Positions 8,834-18,128 of a DNA stretch of 32,435 nucleotides are shown one piece after another. Below the pieces are notes generated by a model that searched no databases, was not told where the DNA came from, and saw only the letters and a program-made list of their open reading frames with translations. Positions within the stretch are counted from its first letter, which is position 1. Each line of letters begins with the position of its first letter. The stretch is taken from NCBI RefSeq assembly GCF_027066465.1, contig NZ_JAMONU010000128.1:1-32435 (forward strand), given 5' to 3'. The position numbers and the translations under genes are program-made. Source of the DNA: Thermococcus sp. (GTDB lineage Archaea > Methanobacteriota_B > Thermococci > Thermococcales > Thermococcaceae).

Positions 8834-8977
8834 GAAAAAGGAGTTGAAAGCCCGTGTGGGCTTGGGTATCACCCCCTCAAGCTTTTTCTGATTTCAGCAG
8901 GGTGTCTGGCCACGGGAGCACTGCCGCGTGCCCGCAACTCATTCAGTTAAATCCCCTGTTTTATCGAAATTTTTTCT
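8834..8977 (-). ncRNA. Candidate structured small RNA (unassigned)
   Basis: GC-rich island in an AT-rich intergenic region. Own promoter (CGAAACCTTAATATA, 9014-9000), closing stem GAGTTG/CAACTC, internal hairpins and a CTTTTTC terminator. Ends are approximate. Confidence 0.5.
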
Positions 8978-9067
8978 ATATTTAACAACAAATTTCGAAT
9001 ATATTAAGGTTTCGGTTTAAATTTTGCCTCCGCAACAAGTATGTTCAACAGAATTTATCGGTATTCG

Positions 9068-9925
9068 TCAAATATTCAAAATACTGCTAGGGCTCAAGGG
9101 TATCGCACCGAATCCCAATCCCGAGAGCATCCTCGCAAACTCCCGGGCAAAACCGTAAACCGTAAAGACCCTTTCGGGTTTGACTTTTTCCACTATTCTC
9201 ACCAGCTCCCAGAAGTCGGCGTGGTTGCTGAGCTTCAGCCTTCCAAAGCCGGAAACAGTCAGCTCCCAGGAACTCAAAGAGTTCTCGACCCTCGGCGAGC
9301 GGTAGGAGCGGAGGATTACCTCTCCATCCTTCTCGATGTTGCCAAAGCGAACCCCGAACTTGGAGTAAACCCGGGCAACCTTCAGCATCTCGCGCGAGGG
9401 CCTTACGGTTATCCCGTGGACGTCGAGTATCTTCATAACCTCCTGCGCCTTCCCGGTCTGGTTCACGTAGAGAACAGGCTTCTTTCCTCTGTCAAGCGCT
9501 TCTTCGACAAAGGCGATTAGCCTCTTCTCAGCTTCCCTCGGTGAGGGGAACGTGAAAGCTGGAACGCCGAAGGTCGCCTCGATTATCAGGAAGTCCGCCC
9601 TCGGGAAGCGGCTCTTTTCAGCGGTTCTCAGCTTGAACCACTTGGTATCGCCGGTGTAGAAGAGCGTTCCGGCCTCGAGCCAGAGCTTTATTCCGGCCGA
9701 ACCGAGCATATGTCCAGCTGGATAGAGCTTCGCCTTAACGTCGCCGATGTAGAAGGTCTTCCCGAACCTGACCTCGCGGTAGAACCCGCCCTTGCGGAGG
9801 TGGCTGAGGAACTTAGTTGCTCTGGTCGCGAAGATAACCTCCCCGCTAACGAAGTGGTCGCTGTGGGCGTGGCTCTGGAAGGCAAGCTTTGCCGAGCTGT
9901 CGAGACCTATACCTTTGACGAGCAT
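9068..9925 (-). CDS. Metallo-beta-lactamase/beta-CASP-type hydrolase (probable nuclease)
   Basis: SHAHSDH, AGHMLGS, YTGD, IEATFG and SNHAD motifs. Confidence 0.88.
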   Translation of the reverse strand: MLVKGIGLDSSAKLAFQSHAHSDHFVSGEVIFATRATKFLSHLRKGGFYREVRFGKTFYIGDVKAKLYPAGHMLGSAGIKLWLEAGTLFYTGDTKWFKLRTAEKSRFPRADFLIIEATFGVPAFTFPSPREAEKRLIAFVEEALDRGKKPVLYVNQTGKAQEVMKILDVHGITVRPSREMLKVARVYSKFGVRFGNIEKDGEVILRSYRSPRVENSLSSWELTVSGFGRLKLSNHADFWELVRIVEKVKPERVFTVYGFAREFARMLSGLGFGAIPLSPSSILNI

Positions 9926-9955
9926 CAGAAAAACTTGGGGAGGGAGCTTAAAGCT

Positions 9956-10243
9956 TTAGACCCTGTTGAGCATGCCCATCAGGGGGTAGTAGACGTCGTC
10001 AAGGCTATCCCCCTTCTCCACGGGGAACTTGAAGGTCACGATTCTACCCGAGACCTCGAAGGAAGGTCCCTCCGGCTTTCCGGGAACGAGCTTTATCTCG
10101 ACGACCTCCAGCATGTCAAGCCCCTTGAGCTCGGCCCTCCCGATGAGGGTTCCTTCAAAGACCCCGCGCGAGAAGGCTTCCTCCAGTTTGGGTCTTAATC
10201 CCGTGACCCACTTGGAGCTGGCCCTCCTTGCCACGGTCTGCAC
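9956..10243 (-). CDS. Hypothetical protein (95 aa)
   Basis: GTG start with GGAGGTGA RBS; native codon usage; co-oriented with the MBL hydrolase. Confidence 0.75.
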   Translation of the reverse strand: MQTVARRASSKWVTGLRPKLEEAFSRGVFEGTLIGRAELKGLDMLEVVEIKLVPGKPEGPSFEVSGRIVTFKFPVEKGDSLDDVYYPLMGMLNRV

Positions 10244-10444
10244 CCCATCACCTCCGTAAAGTTTTCGAGAATTCGAATAAAGTTCGAAAAATATTAGTTT
10301 TTTGGTGCAATCATTGTAAGATGTTCAAACAACTGAGGGACGTTGGGAAAGTTTCTGTCAGAGTGCCAACTATTCTCTACACTTCCGTATATACGCTGGC
10401 ACAAAGCTTATTAGTACCGCTTCGATTTCGATTTAGGTGTTAAG

Positions 10445-11383
10445 ATGACCGACTACGCCATTGAGACCCTCAGGCTCACCAAGTTCTTCGGAAAGCGCAA
10501 CATCGTTTATAATCTCGACCTCAGGGTTCCGAAGGGGGTCGTTTACGGCTTCCTCGGGCCGAACGGGGCAGGAAAGACGACGACAATCAAGATGCTCACT
10601 GGCGCGCTGAAGCCGACCTACGGCGAGATTAGGATTCTGGGCCTTGAGATGCCCCGCGAGAGGGTTGAAATCATGAGGAAAGTCGGCTACATGCCCGAGA
10701 AACCCTTAGCCTACGAAGACATGACTGTTTTCGAGTTTCTGGTTTATATGGGCAGGCTCTCCGGCCTCAGAAGGGAGGAAGCGATAAAACGGGCGAGGGA
10801 GCTGATGGCCTACACCGGCGTCGGAAGGCTCGCCTTCAACAGGGTGAGGGAGCTCTCGAGCGGGCAGAGGCAGAGGGTTTCCTTCGCGTCCGCCCTAATC
10901 GGCGACCCTGAACTGCTCATCCTCGACGAGCCGACCAGCAACCTCGACCCCATCGGTCGAATAGAGTTCATAGGAAAGGTCCTCGAGCTGGCGAAGGCAG
11001 GGAAGACGGTCTTCCTGTCGAGCCACATAGTCAGCGAAATCGAGAGGACGTGCAACTACGTGGGCATAATCAAGGACGGCCAGATGATAGAGCAGGGGCG
11101 CGTCAAAGACCTGACGAGGTTCGAGAGCAATGACTACGACGTGGTCGTCTCGGACAACGCCCTGCTGATGGAGTTCCTGCGCGACAAGGTTTACGTGCGC
11201 GAGGTCTGGGAGGAAGAGGGAATCCTGCGGGTTCGCCTTGACGAGCGCTTCGCGGAGAGGTTCTTCACGGAAGTTCCGCAGTTTATAAGTGAGAACGGCC
11301 TCGCGCTGAAGCTCTTCAAGCCCCACACGAGTCCGCTGGAGAGAATCCTCATGAAGCGCTTCAACGCGGGGTGGGAAGAATGA
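10445..11383 (+). CDS. ABC-2 type exporter ATP-binding protein
   Basis: GPNGAGKT, LSSGQRQR signature, ILDEPT, SSH. Confidence 0.95.
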   Translation: MTDYAIETLRLTKFFGKRNIVYNLDLRVPKGVVYGFLGPNGAGKTTTIKMLTGALKPTYGEIRILGLEMPRERVEIMRKVGYMPEKPLAYEDMTVFEFLVYMGRLSGLRREEAIKRARELMAYTGVGRLAFNRVRELSSGQRQRVSFASALIGDPELLILDEPTSNLDPIGRIEFIGKVLELAKAGKTVFLSSHIVSEIERTCNYVGIIKDGQMIEQGRVKDLTRFESNDYDVVVSDNALLMEFLRDKVYVREVWEEEGILRVRLDERFAERFFTEVPQFISENGLALKLFKPHTSPLERILMKRFNAGWEE

Positions 11384-12150
11384 CGCCGGTTCTCGAGACT
11401 GAGTTTCTAAGGTTAATCCGCTCGCGGAAGTTCAAGCTACTCTTCCTCGTTACGATTTTCCCTGCGGTAATCTACCTGCTCAGCCCCAACGCGAACGGGA
11501 CGGGGGTTGAGGAGCTTAAGAAGGGCTTTGAAGGCCTCTTCGCCGACCTGCTTCCAAACTACTGGCTCGGGATAATCGGCCAGCTCATAGCGGTCATAAT
11601 AATGAGCGACCTAATCGCTGGGGAGATTGACAGGGGCACGATAAGGCTAATCCTCGCAAGGCCCATCGGAATCGGCGAGTTCCTTGCCGGAAAGTTCCTC
11701 GCGGGTTTATCTGCACTCCTCGTACTCTTTGGAATCCCCTACGCGGTGGTCTGGCTCTACGCTCCCCTCCCATACCATACGGGCTTGGCTGGGGTTAAGG
11801 CCCTCGCCGTTGACTTTGGAGCGGTCCTCGCTTCGACCGCCGTAATCCTGGCCTTTCTCGGGGCGCTCTCGATGTTTTTGGCTGTCCTCGTCAGAAGGCC
11901 CCTCTACGCAACCCTCGCCACGTTCGGAATACTCTTCCTCGGCCAGTTCCTCCTTCCGCAGGTTCCCTACTTCGAGCACCCCGAGAGGCTGACCCTCGGC
12001 TATCAGGCCCTCGTGATGTTGAAGATAGGCTTTGGAAACCTGAGCGTGGCCGGAACGCCCTGGAAGACTGCGGTGGCCTTTGCAGTTGCCTCCTCCGGCC
12101 TGCTCTCTGCCACGTGGCTCCTCCTCGTCAAAGGGGAGTTCCCGGACTGA
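11380..12150 (+). CDS. ABC-2 type exporter permease
   Basis: About 6 TM segments, IAGEIDRGTIRLILARPI motif, ATGA overlap with the ATPase gene. Confidence 0.9.
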   Translation: MTPVLETEFLRLIRSRKFKLLFLVTIFPAVIYLLSPNANGTGVEELKKGFEGLFADLLPNYWLGIIGQLIAVIIMSDLIAGEIDRGTIRLILARPIGIGEFLAGKFLAGLSALLVLFGIPYAVVWLYAPLPYHTGLAGVKALAVDFGAVLASTAVILAFLGALSMFLAVLVRRPLYATLATFGILFLGQFLLPQVPYFEHPERLTLGYQALVMLKIGFGNLSVAGTPWKTAVAFAVASSGLLSATWLLLVKGEFPD

Positions 12151-12236
12151 TGGACTTTTTATCCAATGCCAAATGCTTCCTTTCGCTATGTAAAAGGTTT
12201 TTATAGTTCCCCGCCCTATCCTAAGCGGTGGTTGAT

Positions 12237-13925
12237 ATGACCTTCGATAAGGAGAAGCTCGCCAAGATCCGCGAGGAGGAGAAGCGCTGGGAGGAAACAA
12301 CAGTCACGGCGTTCCTCCAGAAGGCCCCTGAGAGAAAGGAGAAGTTCATGACCGATGATGGTTTCGAGATTAAGAGGCTCTACACTCCCGCTGACCTCGG
12401 CGAGGACTGGGACTACCTTGAGAAGCTCGGCTTTCCGGGTGAGTATCCCTTCACGCGCGGTGTCTACGCAACGATGTACCGTGGCAGATTCTGGACGATG
12501 AGGCAGTACGCGGGCTACGCCACCGCCGAGGAGAGCAACAAGCGCTACAAGTACCTTTTGGAGCAGGGGCAGACCGGTTTGAGCGTCGCCTTTGATTTGC
12601 CGACCCAGCTCGGCTACGACTCCGACCACCCGATGGCCGAAGGCGAGGTCGGAAAGGTCGGCGTTGCCATTGATTCGCTCTGGGACATGAGGATTCTCTT
12701 CGACGGCATTCCGCTCGACAAGGTCTCAACGAGCATGACGATTAACTCGACAGCGGCAAACCTGCTCGCGATGTACATTCTGGTTGCCGAGGAGCAGGGC
12801 GTTCCACAGGAGAAGCTTCGCGGAACGGTTCAGAACGACATCCTGAAGGAGTACATAGCGAGGGGAACCTACATCTTCCCGCCCCAGCCGAGCATGCGCC
12901 TTACAACGGACATCATAATGTACTGCGCCGAGAAGGTTCCCAAGTGGAACTCGATAAGCATAAGCGGCTACCACATCAGAGAGGCCGGAGCCAACGCGGT
13001 CCAAGAGGTTGCCTTCACCCTGGCCGACGGTATAGAGTACGTCAAGGCCGTCATAGACAGGGGCATGGAAGTTGACAAGTTCGCCCCAAGGCTGAGCTTC
13101 TTCTTCAACGCCCACAACAACTTCCTCGAGGAGATTGCCAAGTTCAGAGCTGCTAGAAGGCTCTGGGCCTACATCATGAAGGAGTGGTTCAACGCCAAGA
13201 ACCCGCGCTCCATGATGCTCCGCTTCCACACCCAGACGGCAGGTTCGACCCTTACCGCTCAGCAGCCGGAGAACAACATAGTCAGGGTTGCTATACAGGC
13301 CCTCGCGGCGGTTCTTGGAGGAACCCAGAGTTTGCATACCAACTCCTACGACGAGGCCCTCTCACTCCCAACAGAGAAGAGCGTAAGAATAGCTTTGAGA
13401 ACCCAGCAGATTATCGCCTACGAGAGTGGTGTTGCAGACACCGTTGACCCGCTCGGTGGTTCCTACTACATCGAGTGGCTCACCGACCACATCTACGAGG
13501 AGGCTCTGAAGTACATCGAGAAGATTCAGAAGATGGGTGGAATGATGAGGGCCATAGAGCGCGGTTACATCCAGAAGGAGATTGCCGATGCCGCCTACAA
13601 GTACCAGAAGGAAATCGAAGAAGGGAAGAGGATAATCGTCGGCGTCAACAAGTTCCAGACCGACGAGCCCCTTGAGGTCGAGATACTCAAGGTTGACCCG
13701 AGCATTCGCGAGAAGCAGATTGAAAGGCTCAAGAAGCTGAGGAGTGAGCGCGACAGCAAGAAGGTCGAAGAAGCTCTCGACAAGCTCAGGAACGCGGCCG
13801 AAACCGACGACGAGAACCTCATGCCCTACATCATCGAGGCCCACAGGCACCTCGCGACCCTCGGCGAGGTCACCGACGTCCTCCGCGAGGTCTGGGGCGA
13901 GTACAGGGCGCCGTTGATATTCTGA
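12237..13925 (+). CDS. mcmA: Methylmalonyl-CoA mutase, large (substrate-binding) subunit of split archaeal enzyme
   Basis: [59 protein letters not shown]. No C-terminal B12-binding domain. Confidence 0.93.
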   Translation: MTFDKEKLAKIREEEKRWEETTVTAFLQKAPERKEKFMTDDGFEIKRLYTPADLGEDWDYLEKLGFPGEYPFTRGVYATMYRGRFWTMRQYAGYATAEESNKRYKYLLEQGQTGLSVAFDLPTQLGYDSDHPMAEGEVGKVGVAIDSLWDMRILFDGIPLDKVSTSMTINSTAANLLAMYILVAEEQGVPQEKLRGTVQNDILKEYIARGTYIFPPQPSMRLTTDIIMYCAEKVPKWNSISISGYHIREAGANAVQEVAFTLADGIEYVKAVIDRGMEVDKFAPRLSFFFNAHNNFLEEIAKFRAARRLWAYIMKEWFNAKNPRSMMLRFHTQTAGSTLTAQQPENNIVRVAIQALAAVLGGTQSLHTNSYDEALSLPTEKSVRIALRTQQIIAYESGVADTVDPLGGSYYIEWLTDHIYEEALKYIEKIQKMGGMMRAIERGYIQKEIADAAYKYQKEIEEGKRIIVGVNKFQTDEPLEVEILKVDPSIREKQIERLKKLRSERDSKKVEEALDKLRNAAETDDENLMPYIIEAHRHLATLGEVTDVLREVWGEYRAPLIF

Positions 13926-13928
13926 GGT

Positions 13929-13954
13929 CCTTTCCTTTTTGGCCTCTTTCTATT
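13929..13954 (+). terminator. T-rich archaeal terminator after the mutase gene
   Basis: CCTTTCCTTTTTGGCCTCTTTCTATT directly after the stop codon. Confidence 0.55.
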
Positions 13955-14102
13955 CTGCAAGTTCAACCCTCGATGTTAAACGTGCTTATCCTCCGGCAAC
14001 GTTTTTAAGTCCCGCCTCCAACTGGAACCCGATGGTTGGTTAGCCCTCATCTAAAGGCACCCTGTGTTAAGCTACCCTTCCAATACGAGGGGAGATGGGA
14101 GA

Positions 14103-15563
14103 ATGCGGAAGGCGATTCCACTCATTGCGCTCCTGCTGCTCGCGGTTCCCGTCTCGGCGTATCAAGTTAGGTCACCCGGCCCCGTCTACGAGGTGAAGTA
14201 CTCAGTTCTCTCGAACGGAACCGACGCCCTAATCCATCTGGACGTCCTCCAGTGGGGAATCACCTGCGGCATGGTCGATTGCTGGCCCGAGGTTTACTCC
14301 GACTACGATTACCTGCTCTACTTCAACGGTTCCCAGCTCTACCTCCTCAACTTCACGCCCGCCCTGGGCCTTCCAACGTGGAGGGTATTCTACAGGGGGG
14401 CTACCTTCTTCAACGGGAGCTGGTACCTCTGGACCGAGTACTATCCCCCCGCCTGCTCGACGCTGGTTGACAGGATTTATCGCCTCGACCTCCGGGACCT
14501 CTGCATCAAACCCGCCGACGTGGAGTGGTTCGAGCTTCCGAGGGGAAACGTCAGCGACTCGATAGACGGCTGGCGGATTGAACTTCAGTCCCTCGGCCCC
14601 GGCGAGTGGGGTTACGCGAACGTTAGCGACCTCTGGATTGCTTTAAGTGAAAACGTCACCAACTGGTCCCCGGGAGGGCCGATAACCTTCCCAAAATCGA
14701 GCGTTTTTCCTGTTTACTTCACCCTTAAAAAGGGCAATCTCACGAAAAAGATAACCCTTCTCTACATCAACACCACGAACAACTCTGAGGGCCTCGTTCA
14801 GGGCTTCTGGTTCCCGGGCGATGTTAAAATCGTCAACGTGACGGTCTGCAGAAGCGCCAGCGTTAGGTTCCCCATCACGGCGCTTCGGGTGGACGGCGTT
14901 TACAGGGGAGGAGAGGGTGTTCTTCTTGTTGTTGGTTATGAGGTTCTTAGTCCGGGAGTGTGCCCGGGGAATCCGCTCAACTGCACTCTCGTTCCCGACA
15001 TGGTTTCCAGCTACCTCTTTTATGTTTCCTCCAGCGGGCCGTACTTTCTCGGCGCCTATCCTGAAGAACCTGCTGTGACGTTTGAAAACGGCCTCTGGAG
15101 GTTTAAGCTCCACCTCTGGAACGGTAGCGTTGAGAACGCGACTTTTAATCCTGCCTGTCTCAACGACTCCAACGTGAGTCCCGTTGAATTGCCGAACGTC
15201 TCCGTTGATTGGTATTCCGTGAGAGTTGGGAACCTCACGGTGAGCTATCCAGCGGAATTCCTGGGTTTTTCGAACAACCACACGGTCATAATCCTGAACG
15301 AGAAAATTTCAAAGGTCCTTCCCCACGTTCCCTTCGCCGTAGGGGTGAACGGAAGGTTCTACCCCCTGTTCCGTTCCGTCAACGGCACACTCCTCCCGGT
15401 TCCGCCGAAGGTTGGCCCCGACCTTAACTGCACTCCCTCAACCCCTTCGGAAACGTCCACGGCGAGGGGAGAAAACCGGGAAATCTGCGGACCCGGAGTT
15501 ATCCTCCTACTGGCCACTCTCTCCGCGATGCTCTTCCGGAAGACTGGAGGTGATGAAGTGTGA
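14103..15563 (+). CDS. Secreted cell-surface glycoprotein with CGP-CTERM sorting signal
   Basis: Signal peptide MRKAIPLIALLLLAVPVSA, many N-x-S/T sequons, S/T linker, then ICGPG + TM + RK. Confidence 0.88.
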   Translation: MRKAIPLIALLLLAVPVSAYQVRSPGPVYEVKYSVLSNGTDALIHLDVLQWGITCGMVDCWPEVYSDYDYLLYFNGSQLYLLNFTPALGLPTWRVFYRGATFFNGSWYLWTEYYPPACSTLVDRIYRLDLRDLCIKPADVEWFELPRGNVSDSIDGWRIELQSLGPGEWGYANVSDLWIALSENVTNWSPGGPITFPKSSVFPVYFTLKKGNLTKKITLLYINTTNNSEGLVQGFWFPGDVKIVNVTVCRSASVRFPITALRVDGVYRGGEGVLLVVGYEVLSPGVCPGNPLNCTLVPDMVSSYLFYVSSSGPYFLGAYPEEPAVTFENGLWRFKLHLWNGSVENATFNPACLNDSNVSPVELPNVSVDWYSVRVGNLTVSYPAEFLGFSNNHTVIILNEKISKVLPHVPFAVGVNGRFYPLFRSVNGTLLPVPPKVGPDLNCTPSTPSETSTARGENREICGPGVILLLATLSAMLFRKTGGDEV

Positions 15564-17386
15564 GAAAGTGTCTTGCGTTAATCCCGCTTCTTCTCCTGTT
15601 GCTCTCAATGGCACAGCCTTTGGGCGCGTCCCCGAGCACTCAGCCGGCCTACGTGATTCCGGCGTTTCCCGTTATGTTCCACCTTACGCTGGCGAGCAAC
15701 GGGAGTACTGCCTTCCTCCTCTTGCGGGGCGACGTCTACAGCGGTTACGTGGACTACATGTGCCCCATAGATTCCCCCGACAGCGACTTCCAGTGCCACG
15801 TGTGGAACCGGACCGACGACCTCCTAATCGAGTTCGGCAACGGAACGAGGCTGGCGAACGTTACCTGGCTCCTCGGGTACAACTCGTCCTCGTTCGCCCC
15901 ATTCGGCCACCGGTGGTTCCTCGTTTACCCCCATGCCGTCCGCGAGTATTTTCCCTCTCAAAAACGCTTCGGCAAGCTGGTGAACGTCTCGGCCCTAACG
16001 GACTGGACGCTGTACAACCTCCCCACGGTGATGTCCCTCTGGCCGAGAGTCTCAAACGGCTCGCTGGTCTTCTCCTCACCCTACAATGGCACTTACTCGG
16101 TTCCGCTCGGCCTTCTCAGGCCCTACCTCGAGCCTCTCGCTTTCAACGTCTCCGAGGGACTCAGCGAGCGGAGGTTTCTGGAGTACCTAAGGGCAGTTCC
16201 CTTCAGGGGAGGTCTTCTCATCTACCTTCCGACATATGGAATATCCCTCTGCGGAAACGGGAGCCTTGTAGTGGAAAACTTCTCAAACCCATACCTTCCC
16301 CATCGGTGGGTGTACTACAAGGGGGGCGAGTTCCCGGAGAAGAGTTTTCCGCTCGTCCTCTACTACCGGAACGGTCGGCTGAGGCCCCTCCTGACCTTCG
16401 TTCCCTACGGGGACAGCTTGGCCCTAAGCGTCCCTGAGTTTTCGGTGAGCGCTGGAGGAAACTCCTCCGTTCCCGAGATAGAGGTTCCGACCGGTTGGGG
16501 CAGGGTGTACCTGTGGGAGCTGGGCGTTTACCCGCATTACTCCCCGACGAACACGACTTTCATCGACCTCGAGGCCGAGACCGCGGGCTGGAGCGACACC
16601 GCCCTTCACGCCGAACTAATCAACGGCTCCAGGCTGGTTTACCTGAACGTCCCGGTTCCTGGGTCTTTCTACTACTTCAAAGACCACTGGTTCTATGAGT
16701 GTGCCTCATGTCATCCCAAGAGGTACTACCTCTACGACTGGCGGAACCACACGCTCATCGAGGGCAACTTCTCGCCAAGTGCCGTGACCGAGGAAGTTCC
16801 TTGGTACCACGTCTGGAACGTCACGAGTGTTGAGGTAGTGTTTAACGACTACCGTGTTGACTTCCACAGGATTCCCCTCGCGAACTTTTCCGGCTGCGTC
16901 CCCAACGATACGGCCATCGTGAAGAGACTGCAGGGAATCCAGGTCGGAAACGGCGTCCTGCTCTACTTCCGGGACTATCAAACTGGACTCTCCCTGGCGG
17001 GGGAGGAATGGGCGCTCTCTCACGGCGTTCCGCTCTCATCTACATGCCCCTTCTTCTACTACGCCGGCGGAAGGATAAGGTTCCGCATGAAGCTCGGCGT
17101 CGCCCATGCCACCGTTCCCGTCGGAAACTGGAGGCTGACGCTTTCTTATCCCTACATAAACGCCACTCCTATGGTGAACGTCTCGGTGGTCCGGCTGGAG
17201 GCCGAGAATACTACCCCAACTGTCACCCCGACTCCATTGTCGAACACCACGACGCCAGCAACTACAACTTCACCGGCAGCATCGAGCACTTCGTCACCCA
17301 CCAGCGGGCGGAGCATCCGTGGTCCCGGGACGTTTCTGCTTCTGGCCGTGATTGTTCTTATTCTTTGGAAACTTGGCCGGAAATGA
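15560..17386 (+). CDS. Secreted cell-surface glycoprotein with degenerate CGP-CTERM (RGP) signal
   Basis: GTG start overlapping the upstream stop, GGAGGTGA RBS, signal peptide, many sequons, Thr/Ser/Pro-rich linker, IRGPG + TM + KLGRK. Confidence 0.85.
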   Translation: MRKCLALIPLLLLLLSMAQPLGASPSTQPAYVIPAFPVMFHLTLASNGSTAFLLLRGDVYSGYVDYMCPIDSPDSDFQCHVWNRTDDLLIEFGNGTRLANVTWLLGYNSSSFAPFGHRWFLVYPHAVREYFPSQKRFGKLVNVSALTDWTLYNLPTVMSLWPRVSNGSLVFSSPYNGTYSVPLGLLRPYLEPLAFNVSEGLSERRFLEYLRAVPFRGGLLIYLPTYGISLCGNGSLVVENFSNPYLPHRWVYYKGGEFPEKSFPLVLYYRNGRLRPLLTFVPYGDSLALSVPEFSVSAGGNSSVPEIEVPTGWGRVYLWELGVYPHYSPTNTTFIDLEAETAGWSDTALHAELINGSRLVYLNVPVPGSFYYFKDHWFYECASCHPKRYYLYDWRNHTLIEGNFSPSAVTEEVPWYHVWNVTSVEVVFNDYRVDFHRIPLANFSGCVPNDTAIVKRLQGIQVGNGVLLYFRDYQTGLSLAGEEWALSHGVPLSSTCPFFYYAGGRIRFRMKLGVAHATVPVGNWRLTLSYPYINATPMVNVSVVRLEAENTTPTVTPTPLSNTTTPATTTSPAASSTSSPTSGRSIRGPGTFLLLAVIVLILWKLGRK

Positions 17387-17501
17387 GCTTTTCAAACTCC
17401 ATCCTTTTTCCGATTTTTCTCGAAAAACCTTCGGAAGAGCAATTCCTCACCCGACTTCCATGGAAGGGTTTTTAAACCGTAGCTTAGAGCGTCCCTTGGT
17501 G

Positions 17502-18119
17502 ATGGGGGTGAAGTTCAAAGGCAAGGCCTTCGGAGACGCCGTGAGGATTGAGTTTGAGATACTCACCCTCGGCGAGCTTAAAATAGAGGATTTGCGAGAC
17601 TTTGACGTTGATTCCCTCAAGATTGAGCTCAAACCGACCTCATCCGGTATAAAGGTCATCGGCATATGGGAGGGGCCGGTTGAGAGGGCCGGTGAGGGCA
17701 TAAAGAAGGCCCTTGAGGAGAGCTATAAACTGCGTGAGAGGATTCTCGACAGGATTAGGAGCAAGACCGAGGCGATACGCTCGACGATGCTCCAGCTCGG
17801 CTTCAAGGAGGAGGTTGAGGGATACGGAAGCGTTCTCCGCTTCGTCAAGAAGGTCGGTCCCTACGAGATTGTGGTTGTTGCTTCAACCACCGACGACGTC
17901 GTCCGCGTCGAGGTTTACGGCAACGAGGGCAAAATCCTCAGTCCGGAACTCGAGAGCATCTTCGAGGACGTTGAGGTTGAAGAGCTTGAGATTTACGACT
18001 TCGACGACGGCAAGGAGGAGAGGCTGGTAATAAACCTCGAAATACCGCGCAACGAGGACAGGCCCGAGAGGAAGATAGTGGAAGCGATAAAGATGATAGA
18101 GAACATGCTGATGACGTAA
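17502..18119 (+). CDS. Hypothetical protein (~205 aa, acidic)
   Basis: TTTTTAAA promoter at ~17469, GGTGA RBS. Start is ATG 17502 or GTG 17508. The ORF-track extension to 17352 is not credible. Confidence 0.8.
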   Translation: MGVKFKGKAFGDAVRIEFEILTLGELKIEDLRDFDVDSLKIELKPTSSGIKVIGIWEGPVERAGEGIKKALEESYKLRERILDRIRSKTEAIRSTMLQLGFKEEVEGYGSVLRFVKKVGPYEIVVVASTTDDVVRVEVYGNEGKILSPELESIFEDVEVEELEIYDFDDGKEERLVINLEIPRNEDRPERKIVEAIKMIENMLMT

Positions 18120-18128
18120 TTGACGTAA

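Noticed and set aside
8821-8847. Plus-strand mini-ORF MEKSRKRS with upstream GGTGA
   Set aside because: Only 8 codons; the purine run is better explained as the minus-strand terminator and the GGTGA as part of the Phr-like box.
14028-14100. Possible C/D-box sRNA or riboswitch in the leader of the CGP-CTERM gene
   Set aside because: No intact RUGAUGA/CUGA boxes and no fluoride-riboswitch pattern.
15412-16437. 341-aa alternate-frame ORF suggesting a frameshift between the two surface genes
   Set aside because: Arg/Pro-rich off-frame composition; both real genes are complete with their own signal peptides and anchors.
17205-17305. Repetitive-looking DNA near the 3' end of the surface gene
   Set aside because: It encodes an ordinary Thr/Ser/Pro linker and is not a DNA repeat element.
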